Source: Candidatus Latescibacterota bacterium (lineage in GTDB: Bacteria > Latescibacterota > UBA2968 > UBA8231). Taken from it: a DNA stretch of 64,000 nucleotides. The position numbers and the translations under genes were made by a program. The stretch is taken from the NCBI GenBank assembly GCA_965248265.1, contig CBDFJF010000001.1, forward strand, positions 736,001 through 800,000, read 5' to 3'. The notes under the pieces are model-generated. The model was not told the origin of the DNA. It did not search any database and worked only from the letters and a program-made list of their open reading frames with translations. Positions 21,014 to 31,250 of the stretch are shown here, in pieces (positions within the stretch are counted from its first letter, which is position 1; each line of letters opens with the position of its first letter).

Positions 21014-21994
21014 TCAATCAGACACCCGCAGCCAATTTCCACGCAGTGTTCCACCCCAATGCTGCGGGAGTTGCCAGTAGTGCGCAGCAGTCCGATCGCA
21101 GATGAGCACCGGTCGGTAGGGAGTCCCCGGGGAAAGAGGATTGGCGATCTGGAAGACAGTGGACTCGTCGCAAGCCGGAGGGAATAGCAGCGGCTGGCCC
21201 TGTTTAGCCAATACGGGTGAGGTTCCTCGGATCGGCATAATCGGACTTTCACGGTCTTCGAACTCCAGACCGAGCCAGCCGGCCATCGTTAGAGGCATTT
21301 GCATCGCTCCGGTGGCTGTCCCTCGAAGCTCGTACCTGTCTCTGCGAAGATTCTTCAACGTCCATAACCCTGATTCCATGAAATTTGCGTTCCGAATCGA
21401 TTGGTCGAGCTCCCGATTCATGATCCGCTCGACATCGGTGACCGGCCGCACAAGAAGATCTCTCTGTATGACGACGCCTCCCTGAAGAACGATTTCTGGA
21501 GACTCCTTCTGTGGCGTCGAGCGCCAGTACTTGCGAGATCTCTCTGATATTTTCTCAAGCGTTTCGCCGTCGTTGACATAACTGATCAGGTTCATGTCCC
21601 CCGCCCAAATCCTGTCAATTTGCCTCACCTCTGCCTCGTAGAGGCCAACCTTGACCTCTTCAGAAGAGGTGTGAATGACATGTTGCCGGTAATGCCACGC
21701 CCGCGCCTCCGCTTCGTCGTGCCAGAGGAAGAGCGAGTCGAAGCGGCTCGGTCGCTCTGAGAATTCGCGGGCGCGAACTACCTCCCAGATCAGTTCCAGC
21801 AAGGCCTGGACTCCGTGCGTCCCCAGCAGCGCGGAACTGTAGGGCACACAGGTTGCTGACGTTTCTCGGACCAGCCTTTTTCCAAATTCACCCCCAACGA
21901 GCTCGTCTCCTACTGTGAGATTCGGCGCGGCCGTCAAAAAAAGAGTCGATCCGACTCCGATGCTCACTCCGTCGAAATCCGTTCTGTCTCGCAT
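21014..21994 (-). CDS. DUF2441-like domain protein with a C-terminal extension
   Basis: 'ELIWEVVRAREFSERPSRFDSLFLW...EARAW', 'KYW...PEIVLQG'; RBS AAGGAG before ATG 21994. Confidence 0.55.
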   Translation of the reverse strand: MRDRTDFDGVSIGVGSTLFLTAAPNLTVGDELVGGEFGKRLVRETSATCVPYSSALLGTHGVQALLELIWEVVRAREFSERPSRFDSLFLWHDEAEARAWHYRQHVIHTSSEEVKVGLYEAEVRQIDRIWAGDMNLISYVNDGETLEKISERSRKYWRSTPQKESPEIVLQGGVVIQRDLLVRPVTDVERIMNRELDQSIRNANFMESGLWTLKNLRRDRYELRGTATGAMQMPLTMAGWLGLEFEDRESPIMPIRGTSPVLAKQGQPLLFPPACDESTVFQIANPLSPGTPYRPVLICDRTAAHYWQLPQHWGGTLRGNWLRVSD

Positions 21995-22062
21995 GTCACG
22001 CTCCTTAGTTTGAGAGAATACGAGGACATGCGGCGGAGACCCGTCGGTACGATTAGTACACA

Positions 22063-22086
22063 AAAAAGCCGCCCGGTCAGGACGGC
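22063..22086 (-). terminator. Putative intrinsic terminator
   Basis: Minus strand GCCGTCC-TGACC-GGGCGGC-TTTTTT. Confidence 0.5.
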
Positions 22087-22461
22087 CTGTATTTCAACGA
22101 CTTAGGCTTCTGAGCCTAGTGCTCTCCTATCCCGGTGTCACTCGTACTGTGTATGTGTTGTCGCATGTCTTGGACATAACTCACCTCCTCCCTCGGCCGA
22201 GGGTGCTGTCACATTCGGGTCTATCTTATGGTACTTCAGGCGTGATAGTCCGGCAAGAAAAACTTTCATCTGCACTCGTAGCGTTCGTCGGTGACTGCTG
22301 CTCGGATTCTCACAGGGCACAAGCTGTACGACCCACGTTGACAGAATCCGATGGTCATTCTCGCGGCAAGAGGCGCGGTTCATGCTTGTTATTGTTCAAA
22401 CGGGACATATTTTGAACTGGCAGCGTGTTGACCGTTCAGATTCGTGCTCGGGGAAACCATA

Positions 22462-23061
22462 ATGTCAGATGAGAGTAATCCTCACGATTCAGATTACTGG
22501 TCCAAATCTATGTTGCGAAATGCTGATGTGGTGATTGGTAGTCCTCTCGGCGAAATCGAAATAGTGAAGTACGATGAGGCGTGGTCAAGAGAGTATCTTC
22601 ATGAGAAACACGCGATTTTGGGGGTATTGAGGGATGATGTGGTCAGCATCGAGCTCGTGGGAAGCACGGCTATCGAGGGCATGGAGGCCAAACCAACAAT
22701 CGATATTGTCGCGGGTATGAAGACCTTGCTGCAATTAAATGCTTATCTAGAATGCCTAGCGAATATCGGCTACACGTTCAGACCCAACCATCCGGTCCCC
22801 GGCAGGCTTCACTTCGCAAAAATTACAAATGGACTTAGGACGCATAACCTGTCGTTGACTGAATATCTCAGCTCCTTTTGGCATGATCATGTCGTGTTTC
22901 GCGATTTTCTGAACGAAAACCCGAATGTTGCAGCCGAATACTTGAACCTCAAGCGCGAACTTGCCACGAATCACCCCAATGATCCGACGAGCTATACGGA
23001 TGGGAAGGATGAGTTCATCAAGCCGACGCTAGAGAACGTTAGGCTCGGGCGCAACAAGTGA
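22462..23061 (+). CDS. GrpB (UPF0157) nucleotidyltransferase-like protein
   Basis: 'VGSTAIEGMEAKPTIDI', 'FRDFL...EYLNLKRELA', 'YTDGKDEFI'. Confidence 0.88.
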   Translation: MSDESNPHDSDYWSKSMLRNADVVIGSPLGEIEIVKYDEAWSREYLHEKHAILGVLRDDVVSIELVGSTAIEGMEAKPTIDIVAGMKTLLQLNAYLECLANIGYTFRPNHPVPGRLHFAKITNGLRTHNLSLTEYLSSFWHDHVVFRDFLNENPNVAAEYLNLKRELATNHPNDPTSYTDGKDEFIKPTLENVRLGRNK

Positions 23062-23210
23062 AATGGCGCTACGGCGTTGTCCCTGGGCAACCTGCTTCCC
23101 GGGTTCGGCAACCGTGAAAATGAGCAGGCGATGGCGGTCCTGTTCGAGATCACAGCCGCTGGCGGTTGGTCAGCGTAGAGGTATCGCAGAGCGTGGAGCA
23201 TTGACCTGAT

Positions 23211-23582
23211 ATGGAAAGCGATTTCGTTGATGCACGCACGTTCATTGGCAAGACCGTGGAGGTCACAATAGACCGCCCCCTCGGATCGAAGCATCCTAAA
23301 TCCGGGCATTTTTACCCTGTAAATTACGGGTTTTTGCCCAATGTCCCTGCACCCGACGGGGAGGACATGGATGCCTACGTTCTTGGTGTATTCGCACCGT
23401 TAGATACCTTTACGGGGCATTGCATAGCCGTCATCCAGCGAAATGATGACAATGATGACAAAGTTATTGTCGTACCAGAAGGGAAGTCATATTCCGATGA
23501 TCAAATTTTGTCTCTTACGGAGTTTCAAGAGAGATTCTTTCAGCCCACTGTAACGCGCGAAGCTGTTTCTGCCACAGATTGA
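23211..23582 (+). CDS. Inorganic pyrophosphatase-like protein (short family)
   Basis: 'IDRPLGSKHP', 'YPVNYG', 'DGEDMDAY', 'DDKVIV'. Confidence 0.82.
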   Translation: MESDFVDARTFIGKTVEVTIDRPLGSKHPKSGHFYPVNYGFLPNVPAPDGEDMDAYVLGVFAPLDTFTGHCIAVIQRNDDNDDKVIVVPEGKSYSDDQILSLTEFQERFFQPTVTREAVSATD

Positions 23583-23597
23583 TAAGGTGAGGCTTCC

Positions 23598-23671
23598 TCT
23601 CTAGCAGCACGGGTTGCACGTAGTCGTCGTCGAACTACACGCCGCCTGGGGCTCCGGCTGTTGGCAGGTCT
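23598..23671 (+). repeat. Degenerate attC-like site
   Basis: Imperfect hairpin after the PPase gene ending in GTTGGCAG (23660); complementary to AGATCCGCCAAC at 24584-95. Confidence 0.35.
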
Positions 23672-23952
23672 GAGCGACCCACGGATCTACAGTCTGATAC
23701 TCGCTTCGTCTTCCCGTAAATCTTGCCCACTGGCAGTTACGTACAATCAGCTCCCCGTCGCCCCTTCATACCGAAAAGATGATCTTATAGGGATTCAGAT
23801 ATCGTTTTGCATTGTCATGAGCGGCTACTAGCTTGGGTATAGAGGCTGGGGGTCTTGAGGTGACAGTGTCGACCAGTTCGCTGGGCTCACGGCCCAGGAT
23901 CCTCAGTCTCGCTTTAATTACAGATCTTGTCGATACAAGGCACGAGGATACA

Positions 23953-24585
23953 GTGACGGACCAAGCTGATTATCTATTGCCCACGTGGGCACCCCGAGTT
24001 CGCAAAGCAAAGATCGCTCAACTCTATAAGACGGCTGGGCTAGGCATCATCGACTCTGATATCGTCAATGAGGTGGGGTATGCGTTCTATGAGCGATGTT
24101 GCAGTATTCTCGAAGCGAGTTCGGCGGTTAGGGGGAAAGTGCATTGCCCAAACTGCAACTTCATTATTGAGCACGTTCCGTGGGAGAGCGAGGTGGTAGC
24201 ATGTGCGAAGTGCGATTGGGAGTGCCCTTGGGAGGTGTACCAGAAGACCTACCAGAGGAAGAACCTGACTGTGGGCGGTCTGAGGCCCTTTATTGAAGAA
24301 TACGTCGATAAGTTTCCCAAAGAGCGGTCTCCTTCGAACCGGCTGGTTCTCATTGACACGCTAATTCACTGTTTCCACTGGGGTGGTGGTCGGCCAGGCA
24401 GCGCGAACCTCATTGAGGGGAAACTGAAAGACATCATGCCGTTTCTCGACAAGCTGAGTTACGGAGACCAGATACCTGGAGGCGTCGAGGCGACCCGCGA
24501 TGAATGGCGACAAAAGTGGCAACAGAACAAGTGGAAGACGCGCGTGGAGCAGATGACTGCTCGGAAGAGGAGCAAGCCGAAATAG
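23953..24585 (+). CDS. Hypothetical protein with a CxxC...CxxC zinc ribbon
   Basis: 'CPNC...CAKCDWEC'; GTG start after GAGGA. Confidence 0.65.
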   Translation: MTDQADYLLPTWAPRVRKAKIAQLYKTAGLGIIDSDIVNEVGYAFYERCCSILEASSAVRGKVHCPNCNFIIEHVPWESEVVACAKCDWECPWEVYQKTYQRKNLTVGGLRPFIEEYVDKFPKERSPSNRLVLIDTLIHCFHWGGGRPGSANLIEGKLKDIMPFLDKLSYGDQIPGGVEATRDEWRQKWQQNKWKTRVEQMTARKRSKPK

Positions 24586-24640
24586 ATCCGCCAACGACGT
24601 ACGAAGGGGCACCCCTTCGTTCTGGTAAAAGACATTACGC
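24584..24640 (+). repeat. Degenerate attC-like site
   Basis: CGCCAAC directly after the stop codon, hairpin ACGAAGGGG-CA-CCCCTTCGT, eroded R' ATTACGC. Confidence 0.4.
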
Positions 24641-25396
24641 ATGGAATCGCACATCGACGCAGACTACTTAGACGCTGAGAAATACGATCAGTACTACGGA
24701 ACGTACGCCGAGCCCCACGCTTGGCTGGTCGATCTACTACGAGACCGGGACACCATCATGGAATTGGCATGTGGTACGGGTCGAATTGCGATTCCTCTGG
24801 CCCAGCGCGGATTGTCTGTGACCGGCATAGATTATTCCAAACCCATGTTGGACCTCGCCCGCAAGAAAGCGACAGAGACCCATGTGGAGATCCAGCTGGC
24901 GCTGTGCGATATTCGCAACTTTGATCTTGGGAAGAAATTCGGATCCATTCTCCTTCTTTCGAATGCACTCTGGCACGTCCATGAGCGCTCAGACTTCCAA
25001 GCGTTAATGCAATGCGTACAGCGTCATTTGGAGCCCGATGGTCTCTTTGTCCTCGATGTTTTCGTTCCCAATTTGGACATCCTCAATCGTGATCCACAAC
25101 AACGCTATCCATTTAGTACCTACACGGAACAGGAAACGCGTGAGCAGGTCGAAGTGACCCAAACTCATATCTATGAACCGGACACTCAAATATCTAGAGT
25201 CGTGCAATACAAAGGTATGACAGACGAAATAATCGGCGGCCTCAACCTTCGCATGTACTTCCCACAGGAATTGGATGCCCTTTTGGCGCACAACGGAATG
25301 ATGATTGACGAAAAGTTCGGGAGTTGGGACCGAGCGCCCTTCGATGCGAATTCTAGACACCAGCTATACTTTTGCTCTTCTCGTGGCTCTATATAG
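24641..25396 (+). CDS. Class I SAM-dependent methyltransferase
   Basis: 'MELACGTGRI', 'GIDYSKPML', 'HLEPDGLFVLD'. Confidence 0.9.
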   Translation: MESHIDADYLDAEKYDQYYGTYAEPHAWLVDLLRDRDTIMELACGTGRIAIPLAQRGLSVTGIDYSKPMLDLARKKATETHVEIQLALCDIRNFDLGKKFGSILLLSNALWHVHERSDFQALMQCVQRHLEPDGLFVLDVFVPNLDILNRDPQQRYPFSTYTEQETREQVEVTQTHIYEPDTQISRVVQYKGMTDEIIGGLNLRMYFPQELDALLAHNGMMIDEKFGSWDRAPFDANSRHQLYFCSSRGSI

Positions 25397-25448
25397 CAAT
25401 TTTTGAAGGTGCCGCCGATGGCGATACCGACGCCGACCAAATCTCTAG

Positions 25449-26252
25449 CTAACCCCGCGGCAGGTGGCCTTCGAGAAAGGCGATGACGAGCCGTTCGAAC
25501 GCCTCCGGCTGCTCCTCGGGCACGGTGTGGGAGGCGTCCTCCACTTCGACCAGCTCGGCGGCGGCAACCCGTTCGGCGATGAGCTCATGGTCCTTCGTGG
25601 GCGTGGACCAGTCCTCGGTGCCGCTGACCAGCAGCGTCGGACACCGGATGAGGTGCAGCTGGTCCCGGATGTCGTACTCGAAGATACCCCGAGCGTTGGC
25701 AGCGTATCCGAGGGACGGGTTGGCGGCGAACATCCTCCGGTAGAGCTCGACGGCGTCGGGATTCGCGGCGCGGAACGAATCGCTCAACCAGCGCTCCAAC
25801 CCCGGTTCGACGAGAGGCCCCATTCCGACGCTCTCCGCGGTCTCGATCCAGTGAGGGATGATTTCCCGCGTGCGATCTTCCATGTGGGCGGAGGTGCAGC
25901 ACATCACCAGCGCGCCGATGCGCTCGGGCTCGTCGATGGCCAGCTGCATGGCGGGGAAGCCGCCGAAGGCGTGGGCGACTATGGCGGCCTGGCCGATGTC
26001 GAGTGCATCCAGAATCGCATGCAGGTCGTCGGCGTGGTCCTGCACTGTGATCTTGGAGCCCGGCGTGTCGACGGACTCGGACCGTCCCATCCCACGCAGC
26101 TCGTAGACGACGGTGCGGTAGTCTCTGGCGAGCACGGGAGCCAGGTGGCGCCACAGGTCGCGGTTGAGTCCGTTACCGTGAATGCAGACTACGGGGTAGC
26201 CGCTGCCGGACTCGAATACCTGGAAGCGGGCGTCGTTGGCGATGATCTCCAT
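25449..26252 (-). CDS. Alpha/beta hydrolase fold (3-oxoadipate enol-lactonase-like), Ala at the nucleophile position
   Basis: 'CIHG', 'YELRGMGRS', 'AHAFGG', 'GTEDWST', 'ASH'. Confidence 0.8.
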   Translation of the reverse strand: MEIIANDARFQVFESGSGYPVVCIHGNGLNRDLWRHLAPVLARDYRTVVYELRGMGRSESVDTPGSKITVQDHADDLHAILDALDIGQAAIVAHAFGGFPAMQLAIDEPERIGALVMCCTSAHMEDRTREIIPHWIETAESVGMGPLVEPGLERWLSDSFRAANPDAVELYRRMFAANPSLGYAANARGIFEYDIRDQLHLIRCPTLLVSGTEDWSTPTKDHELIAERVAAAELVEVEDASHTVPEEQPEAFERLVIAFLEGHLPRG

Positions 26253-26444
26253 TGGGTCTGTTCCCCCTTCCGTCCCGGCACGCCTGGTAGATCTTGGAGG
26301 ACGCTCTCGAGAAGAGAGCACCAGGTCAAGGCGCGGGCGTCACGACATCTCCTTTCACCGGTTAACCGGAGAGGTGTCTGATAAGGTAGCCGTCACCGAG
26401 CATCGCATCCATACTGCGATTCCCGCGTGCAGGCCAGCGGGGAA

Positions 26445-27767
26445 TCAGTCGGTCCCGCCGATGCAGTACAGGTGGGTCCCGGTGCGGATGAACAGCTGGT
26501 CTCCGGCCACCGCCATCGACGACAGGGTGAGGCTGCCGTCGAGTTCGTTGACGTCCAGCTGCTGCAGCTTCGGTCCGGCGGCGAGGACCGTGGTGACGCC
26601 GTCCTCATTGGTGACGTACAGCTTGCCGTCCGCGAGCACGGGAGAGGCGCTGACTGAGCCTTCGGATGTGCGGTGAGGTCCCCACGTGAGGCGGCCAGTG
26701 GCGGCGTCAAGGCAGGTCACCTTCCCGCGGTCATCGACCATGTAGAAGTAACCCTTGTCCGCGACCGGTGTAGGCACGTCAGGGGCGCCGGCGCCGGTCC
26801 AGCTCCAGGCCAAATCGTCGCTCGATACCGCCCCCGAGGCGCCGAGACGGAAGGCCTGCAACGGTTTCTCCACGGTCGGCACGAACAGCATGTCGCCGGC
26901 CACGACGGGCGAACCGACGATCCGGCAGGCGCCCCACTTCTCCGGATTGAGGCCACCGACGCGCCACACCTCCACACCGGTCGCCGGGTCGTGGGCGGTC
27001 ACGTAATCGGCCCCGGACACCACGATCTCGCGTCGACCGTCACGCTCGATGAGCACGGGCGTGCTGTAGGCGTCCGGCGACTCGGCGACCGCATCCGTAG
27101 GACGCTCTCGACGCCACAGCACCTCCCCCGTGGCCGTGTCCAGGGCGATGACGTAAGAAGGGTTGCCCGCCTGCTCCCCGTGGAGGACTGCGAGGATGAG
27201 CCTGCCGTCCGTGAGCAAGGGCGACGATGCATACCCGAACTGCATCCCGAACCGGCCGTATTGCTCCTGCAAGTCCCGTCGCCAGACCACGTTTCCACCC
27301 ATGTCCAGGGCGGTCACGAGTCCGGCGCCGGTGACCGCCCATACGTGCCTGCCATCGGTGACCGGAGACGGCGAGGTGTTGTCGTGCTTCCTGTGCATCT
27401 GGTTGCCGGTATCGAGTGATCGGCGCCAGAGCTCCGCGCCATCCGCTCTGGCGAGACACAAGAGCAACAGCGCATCCTCACCCGGGTCGTGCCCGGTCTT
27501 CGACGACTGAGTTCCGTCCACGGGCCTGCTCGCGGAGGTGACGAACACCCGATCTCCCCACACCACCGGCGAGCCGCCGCTCCACGACGGCAGCGGTGCC
27601 GACCAGGCGATGTTCTCGGCGGCGCTCCAGCTTGTGGGCAAGCCCGTCGACGCACTGACGCCATTTCCGTGCGGGCCGCGCCACTGCGGCCAGTTCACAT
27701 CGGCTTCGGTGTGCACGCTCCAGATCAGTGCGATAAGTACCGCAGCGTTTGTGCCACGCATAACCAT
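26445..27767 (-). CDS. Secreted PQQ-binding-like (BamB-like) beta-propeller protein
   Basis: 'NWPQWRGP', repeated 'SSP', 'ALDTATGEVLW', 'CLDAATG'. Confidence 0.87.
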   Translation of the reverse strand: MVMRGTNAAVLIALIWSVHTEADVNWPQWRGPHGNGVSASTGLPTSWSAAENIAWSAPLPSWSGGSPVVWGDRVFVTSASRPVDGTQSSKTGHDPGEDALLLLCLARADGAELWRRSLDTGNQMHRKHDNTSPSPVTDGRHVWAVTGAGLVTALDMGGNVVWRRDLQEQYGRFGMQFGYASSPLLTDGRLILAVLHGEQAGNPSYVIALDTATGEVLWRRERPTDAVAESPDAYSTPVLIERDGRREIVVSGADYVTAHDPATGVEVWRVGGLNPEKWGACRIVGSPVVAGDMLFVPTVEKPLQAFRLGASGAVSSDDLAWSWTGAGAPDVPTPVADKGYFYMVDDRGKVTCLDAATGRLTWGPHRTSEGSVSASPVLADGKLYVTNEDGVTTVLAAGPKLQQLDVNELDGSLTLSSMAVAGDQLFIRTGTHLYCIGGTD

Positions 27768-27942
27768 GGACTCCCGTGTTTTCTGGAGAATTCGGTTGAC
27801 GACCACTCAGTGTCGCCAGGGTTGCCATGGGGTCGGGCGCCCGTTCCCGGACCGTGAGTACGGCAGCCAGTCATGAATATCTCGCAAGGACGCCCATCAG
27901 TCTATCAGGACGGACGCCCGGATGGCTTTGAATGATGGTCCA

Positions 27943-29652
27943 TTACGTTCTTGGAATGAGCGGCAGCGTCAGGTGAGAAGGATATTGATCGCTGTGCAAA
28001 ATGGTCTGTTGGGCAATGCGCATTTCGGTGTCGGTGGCGGAATCGTTGCCAGTGTTGAGGTTGCGGTCGAAGCGCGGGAAGTTGCTGCTGGAGATCTCCA
28101 GGCGGATGCGATGGCCAACCTTGAAGAGGTTGCTCGTCTCCCACAGGGTGATCCTGTATTCGTAAACCCGACCGGGCTCGATGAGGGTGGGCTCTTCGTA
28201 GGAGTTGCGGAAGCGGGCGCGGACGATGCCATCGCAGATTATGATGGCTGCGCCGCGCGGATGCACGTCGATCAGGGCGGCAGTGAAATCGGTGTCCGGT
28301 GCGTCGGAGATGGCGTAGAGCGTCAGCTCGATGGGCCCGGTGACTTCCACGGCTTCTTCCAGGGGCGGCGTTGAATAGACGAGCACGTCATCGCGGCGCT
28401 CCACCGAACGGCGATCGCGGGGCCCGGTGTTTTCGCTGAACATGCTCTGGCCGCCCACAGTGGGCACCGGATCGTCCGGATCGTAAGCATAGGAATCCGG
28501 CGATTCGTCGCCGGGTTGCCCGCAGGTAAGGGTCCCGTCCCCGATGGCGGAGTTGGCGCGGCCCCGGCTGTGCAAGTAGAAGGGGGTATACTGGGTGCGC
28601 GCTAGGGGCCATTCGTTTTCAAAGCGCCAGACGTTTTCTCCCATGACAAAGAGGTGCACAGGTGGCTCGTCGTCGATACCGGTGTTTATGTTGCGCTGAC
28701 GCTGGTCGTACCAGCGCAGGTGTTGGGCGGGAATGTCCATGGCCGCCTGGGGGCCAAAGTCGATGTCGCCGAAGGGCACTGGGCTGCCGATGCCCCTATG
28801 GTCCCAGGGGCCTACCAGCAGGCGGCTGAGGCGACGGCATGCCTCGGTGCGTGCCTGATTTTTCCAACCGGCGAAACATTTGAATTCTTCATGTACTAAG
28901 TTGTCGTACCAGCCGGTGATGAAGTAGGCCGGCGTTTCGACCTGAGCATACTTATCCTTCATGCTGTACGACTTCCAGAAGTCGTCGAAGTGAGTATGGC
29001 GGATCACATCGCGATAGAAGGGCCGGTCGCCGATATGGTCGAGGGCGGTCACCAAGGGCAGCCCTCGATAGACCTCGTCCCAGTCGATGAGGTCGCGCGG
29101 CGCATTTTGATTGGTGCGGTCGCCGAGCCAGATGAAATTCATGGCGTTTTGCAATTGCAGTACGCCGTTGTAGCGCATGTGGCCGTAATTGTCTTCCTGG
29201 TTGGCGACGGGCACCAGGGCTAGGACGTAGGGGCTGCGCAGGGGGGCCGGCAGGATCTGAGTAAAGCCGGGATAAGAGACACCAAAGGTGCCGATGGTGC
29301 CATCGCACCAGTCCTGTTGTCCAAGCCATTGCTGTGTATCGTAGCCGTCGTTGGTCTCGTCAACATAGGGGTGCCACTTGCCCGGGGATTCGAAGCGGCC
29401 ACGGCTGTCTTGCATGACGACGGCGTAGCCGTGTTGGGCGAAGCGGATGGACCAGTCGACGTAGCGAGGGTGTTGGGTGCTGTAGGGGGAACGGATGAGC
29501 AGCACGGGGAAGCGGTCGCCTTCGGTGGGGCGGTAGAGGGCGGCGTAGAGCTGGATGCCGTCGCGCATAGGGATGTGGAGATCGAGTTGGATTTGGACGT
29601 CGTGTTGGGGCATGAGGGGCTGGGTTCCTTGGGGGGTGCTCTCGTTCGTCAT
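27943..29652 (-). CDS. CocE/NonD family hydrolase
   Basis: 'IPMRDGIQL', 'RSPY', 'GVSYPG', 'GWYD', 'GPWDH', 'ISSSNFPRFDRN'. Confidence 0.93.
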   Translation of the reverse strand: MTNESTPQGTQPLMPQHDVQIQLDLHIPMRDGIQLYAALYRPTEGDRFPVLLIRSPYSTQHPRYVDWSIRFAQHGYAVVMQDSRGRFESPGKWHPYVDETNDGYDTQQWLGQQDWCDGTIGTFGVSYPGFTQILPAPLRSPYVLALVPVANQEDNYGHMRYNGVLQLQNAMNFIWLGDRTNQNAPRDLIDWDEVYRGLPLVTALDHIGDRPFYRDVIRHTHFDDFWKSYSMKDKYAQVETPAYFITGWYDNLVHEEFKCFAGWKNQARTEACRRLSRLLVGPWDHRGIGSPVPFGDIDFGPQAAMDIPAQHLRWYDQRQRNINTGIDDEPPVHLFVMGENVWRFENEWPLARTQYTPFYLHSRGRANSAIGDGTLTCGQPGDESPDSYAYDPDDPVPTVGGQSMFSENTGPRDRRSVERRDDVLVYSTPPLEEAVEVTGPIELTLYAISDAPDTDFTAALIDVHPRGAAIIICDGIVRARFRNSYEEPTLIEPGRVYEYRITLWETSNLFKVGHRIRLEISSSNFPRFDRNLNTGNDSATDTEMRIAQQTILHSDQYPSHLTLPLIPRT

Positions 29653-29698
29653 GGCATTCCCTCAATGCCTCGGGGGAGAAATTCACGCGCGACAGTCC

Positions 29699-30874
29699 CT
29701 ACTCAATAGAGATCTCCACCTTCTGGTAGTTGAAACAGTAGTAAGGGCGCCTTGCGGGGCTCGTTCCGGGGATGGACTGATAGTCGGTGAAGGCGAGCCA
29801 GAACGACCTGCCATCCGCACCGATCCATTTCGGGATTATCTGAGGTTGGTAGGCGCGCGCCGCCGAATCCCCTTCCGGCATCCAGGCGGTATCCTCATAC
29901 ACCTGATCCCACGGACCCCATGGATGCGGCGCGACCCAAAAACCCAGGTAACTGGGTTTTCCGAACCACATCCCGGCGTCGGTACACCCCATACCCCAAT
30001 TGGCCATCATGTAAACCCCCAGAGGTGCGTTGTAGACTACACTGGGATGCCATGCGTAAGGATGGATCTTCTCGTTCACCCAACCGGAGGGAAAGGTGTG
30101 AACGACTCCTCTGGCGTGAATATTTGCGCTCCATTCGGCTCCTCCGTCCCTATTTCGCGAGACGAAGTACTCGTATGCAGATCGCGAGAGGATTTTCTCC
30201 GTCGGAACCCGAAACATCACCAACTGATTCATGGTTTCTCTGCCGTTGCCATTGGGCGCATAGGCGTAGACGTAGCCATCCTGGTTATGCTCGTAGTTCC
30301 GACCCATCTGCAGCAGGGTCAGCAACGAAAACGCCTCCTCCGGCTCGTGGTAGAAGGCCATATTGTCGCGACTCCGTTCCTCCCAACCTTCCCACTTGAG
30401 TGGGGAAGAGTCCTGGTTTCTCCAGCTCGCGCCATAGTCGGGGGAATAGATGAGCTTGGCACCGACGAAACGGAGAAGGGTCACAAGGTCCGGGTCGCTG
30501 AACGGATGGCTCGGCGTGCTGAGGAAGTGATAGATGCATCGATCGAGAGCGAAGATTCCAAAACCGTAGAACGTCGCCACCGAGTTGCAGTCAGAATCGA
30601 CAATGATGAATCGCTTCTGATCCGGGAGCATCTGCCTGTTCAGATCGGGATACCCGGGCAAGTATTCGTAGTCGTGATTCGGCGCGTTGCCGAGGATGGC
30701 AAATACTCTCGTGTTGAAGAGTCTCTCGTCATCGCCGATTATGTGCGGCCAGCCGGTGCCATCGCACAAGGCCGTGTACTGCTTGTCGTTGTCGGCCCAC
30801 GTCGTATGCCAATTGTCACCGTGGCCGGATCGGTAGGTGGGTCCCTGAACCCTCACACCTGTGATGCGCGTCAA
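29699..30874 (-). CDS. Uncharacterised beta-propeller protein (DUF4185-like)
   Basis: 'GDNWHTTWAD', Asp-box 'SPDYGASW', 'APHPWGPW'; RBS GGAGGA and TTG start. Confidence 0.65.
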   Translation of the reverse strand: MTRITGVRVQGPTYRSGHGDNWHTTWADNDKQYTALCDGTGWPHIIGDDERLFNTRVFAILGNAPNHDYEYLPGYPDLNRQMLPDQKRFIIVDSDCNSVATFYGFGIFALDRCIYHFLSTPSHPFSDPDLVTLLRFVGAKLIYSPDYGASWRNQDSSPLKWEGWEERSRDNMAFYHEPEEAFSLLTLLQMGRNYEHNQDGYVYAYAPNGNGRETMNQLVMFRVPTEKILSRSAYEYFVSRNRDGGAEWSANIHARGVVHTFPSGWVNEKIHPYAWHPSVVYNAPLGVYMMANWGMGCTDAGMWFGKPSYLGFWVAPHPWGPWDQVYEDTAWMPEGDSAARAYQPQIIPKWIGADGRSFWLAFTDYQSIPGTSPARRPYYCFNYQKVEISIE

Positions 30875-31007
30875 ATGGCTGTTCCTCCGTCGTCGATAAT
30901 CATCGGCATCCGGTTGACCTTATGCCAGCGGCACCACTTGAGGCCTCAACGACGGTGTGGCCCATGATGCAGTCCGATCTCAACTCGTCGATAGCGGGGC
31001 AACGACA

Positions 31008-31250
31008 ATGAAAGCGACAATCGGTGTGGTCATTCACGAGACACTCCTGCACTCCGTATTCAGCGCCAAAGACCGTGCCCGTCTCGAAGCGCTCGGTAAG
31101 GTGCGGTGGACGTCTTCTGAAGAACCACTCGAAGAGAGCGTGGCGATCGAATTGCTGCAGGGCTGCAGCGTCGGCGTCGGCTCGTGGCACACGCCCTTTC
31201 CCAGTGCCCCGCTGGTGCAGGAATGTCCGGACCTGCGGCTCTGGGAGCAA
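31008..31250 (+). pseudogene. D-2-hydroxyacid dehydrogenase N-terminal fragment
   Basis: 'VFSAKDRARLEALG...GSWHTP...CPDLRLW' followed by unrelated sequence. Confidence 0.55.

Noticed and set aside
29555-30967. 470-aa plus-strand ORF
   Set aside because: Antisense shadow of the 29699..30874 gene with no recognisable motifs.
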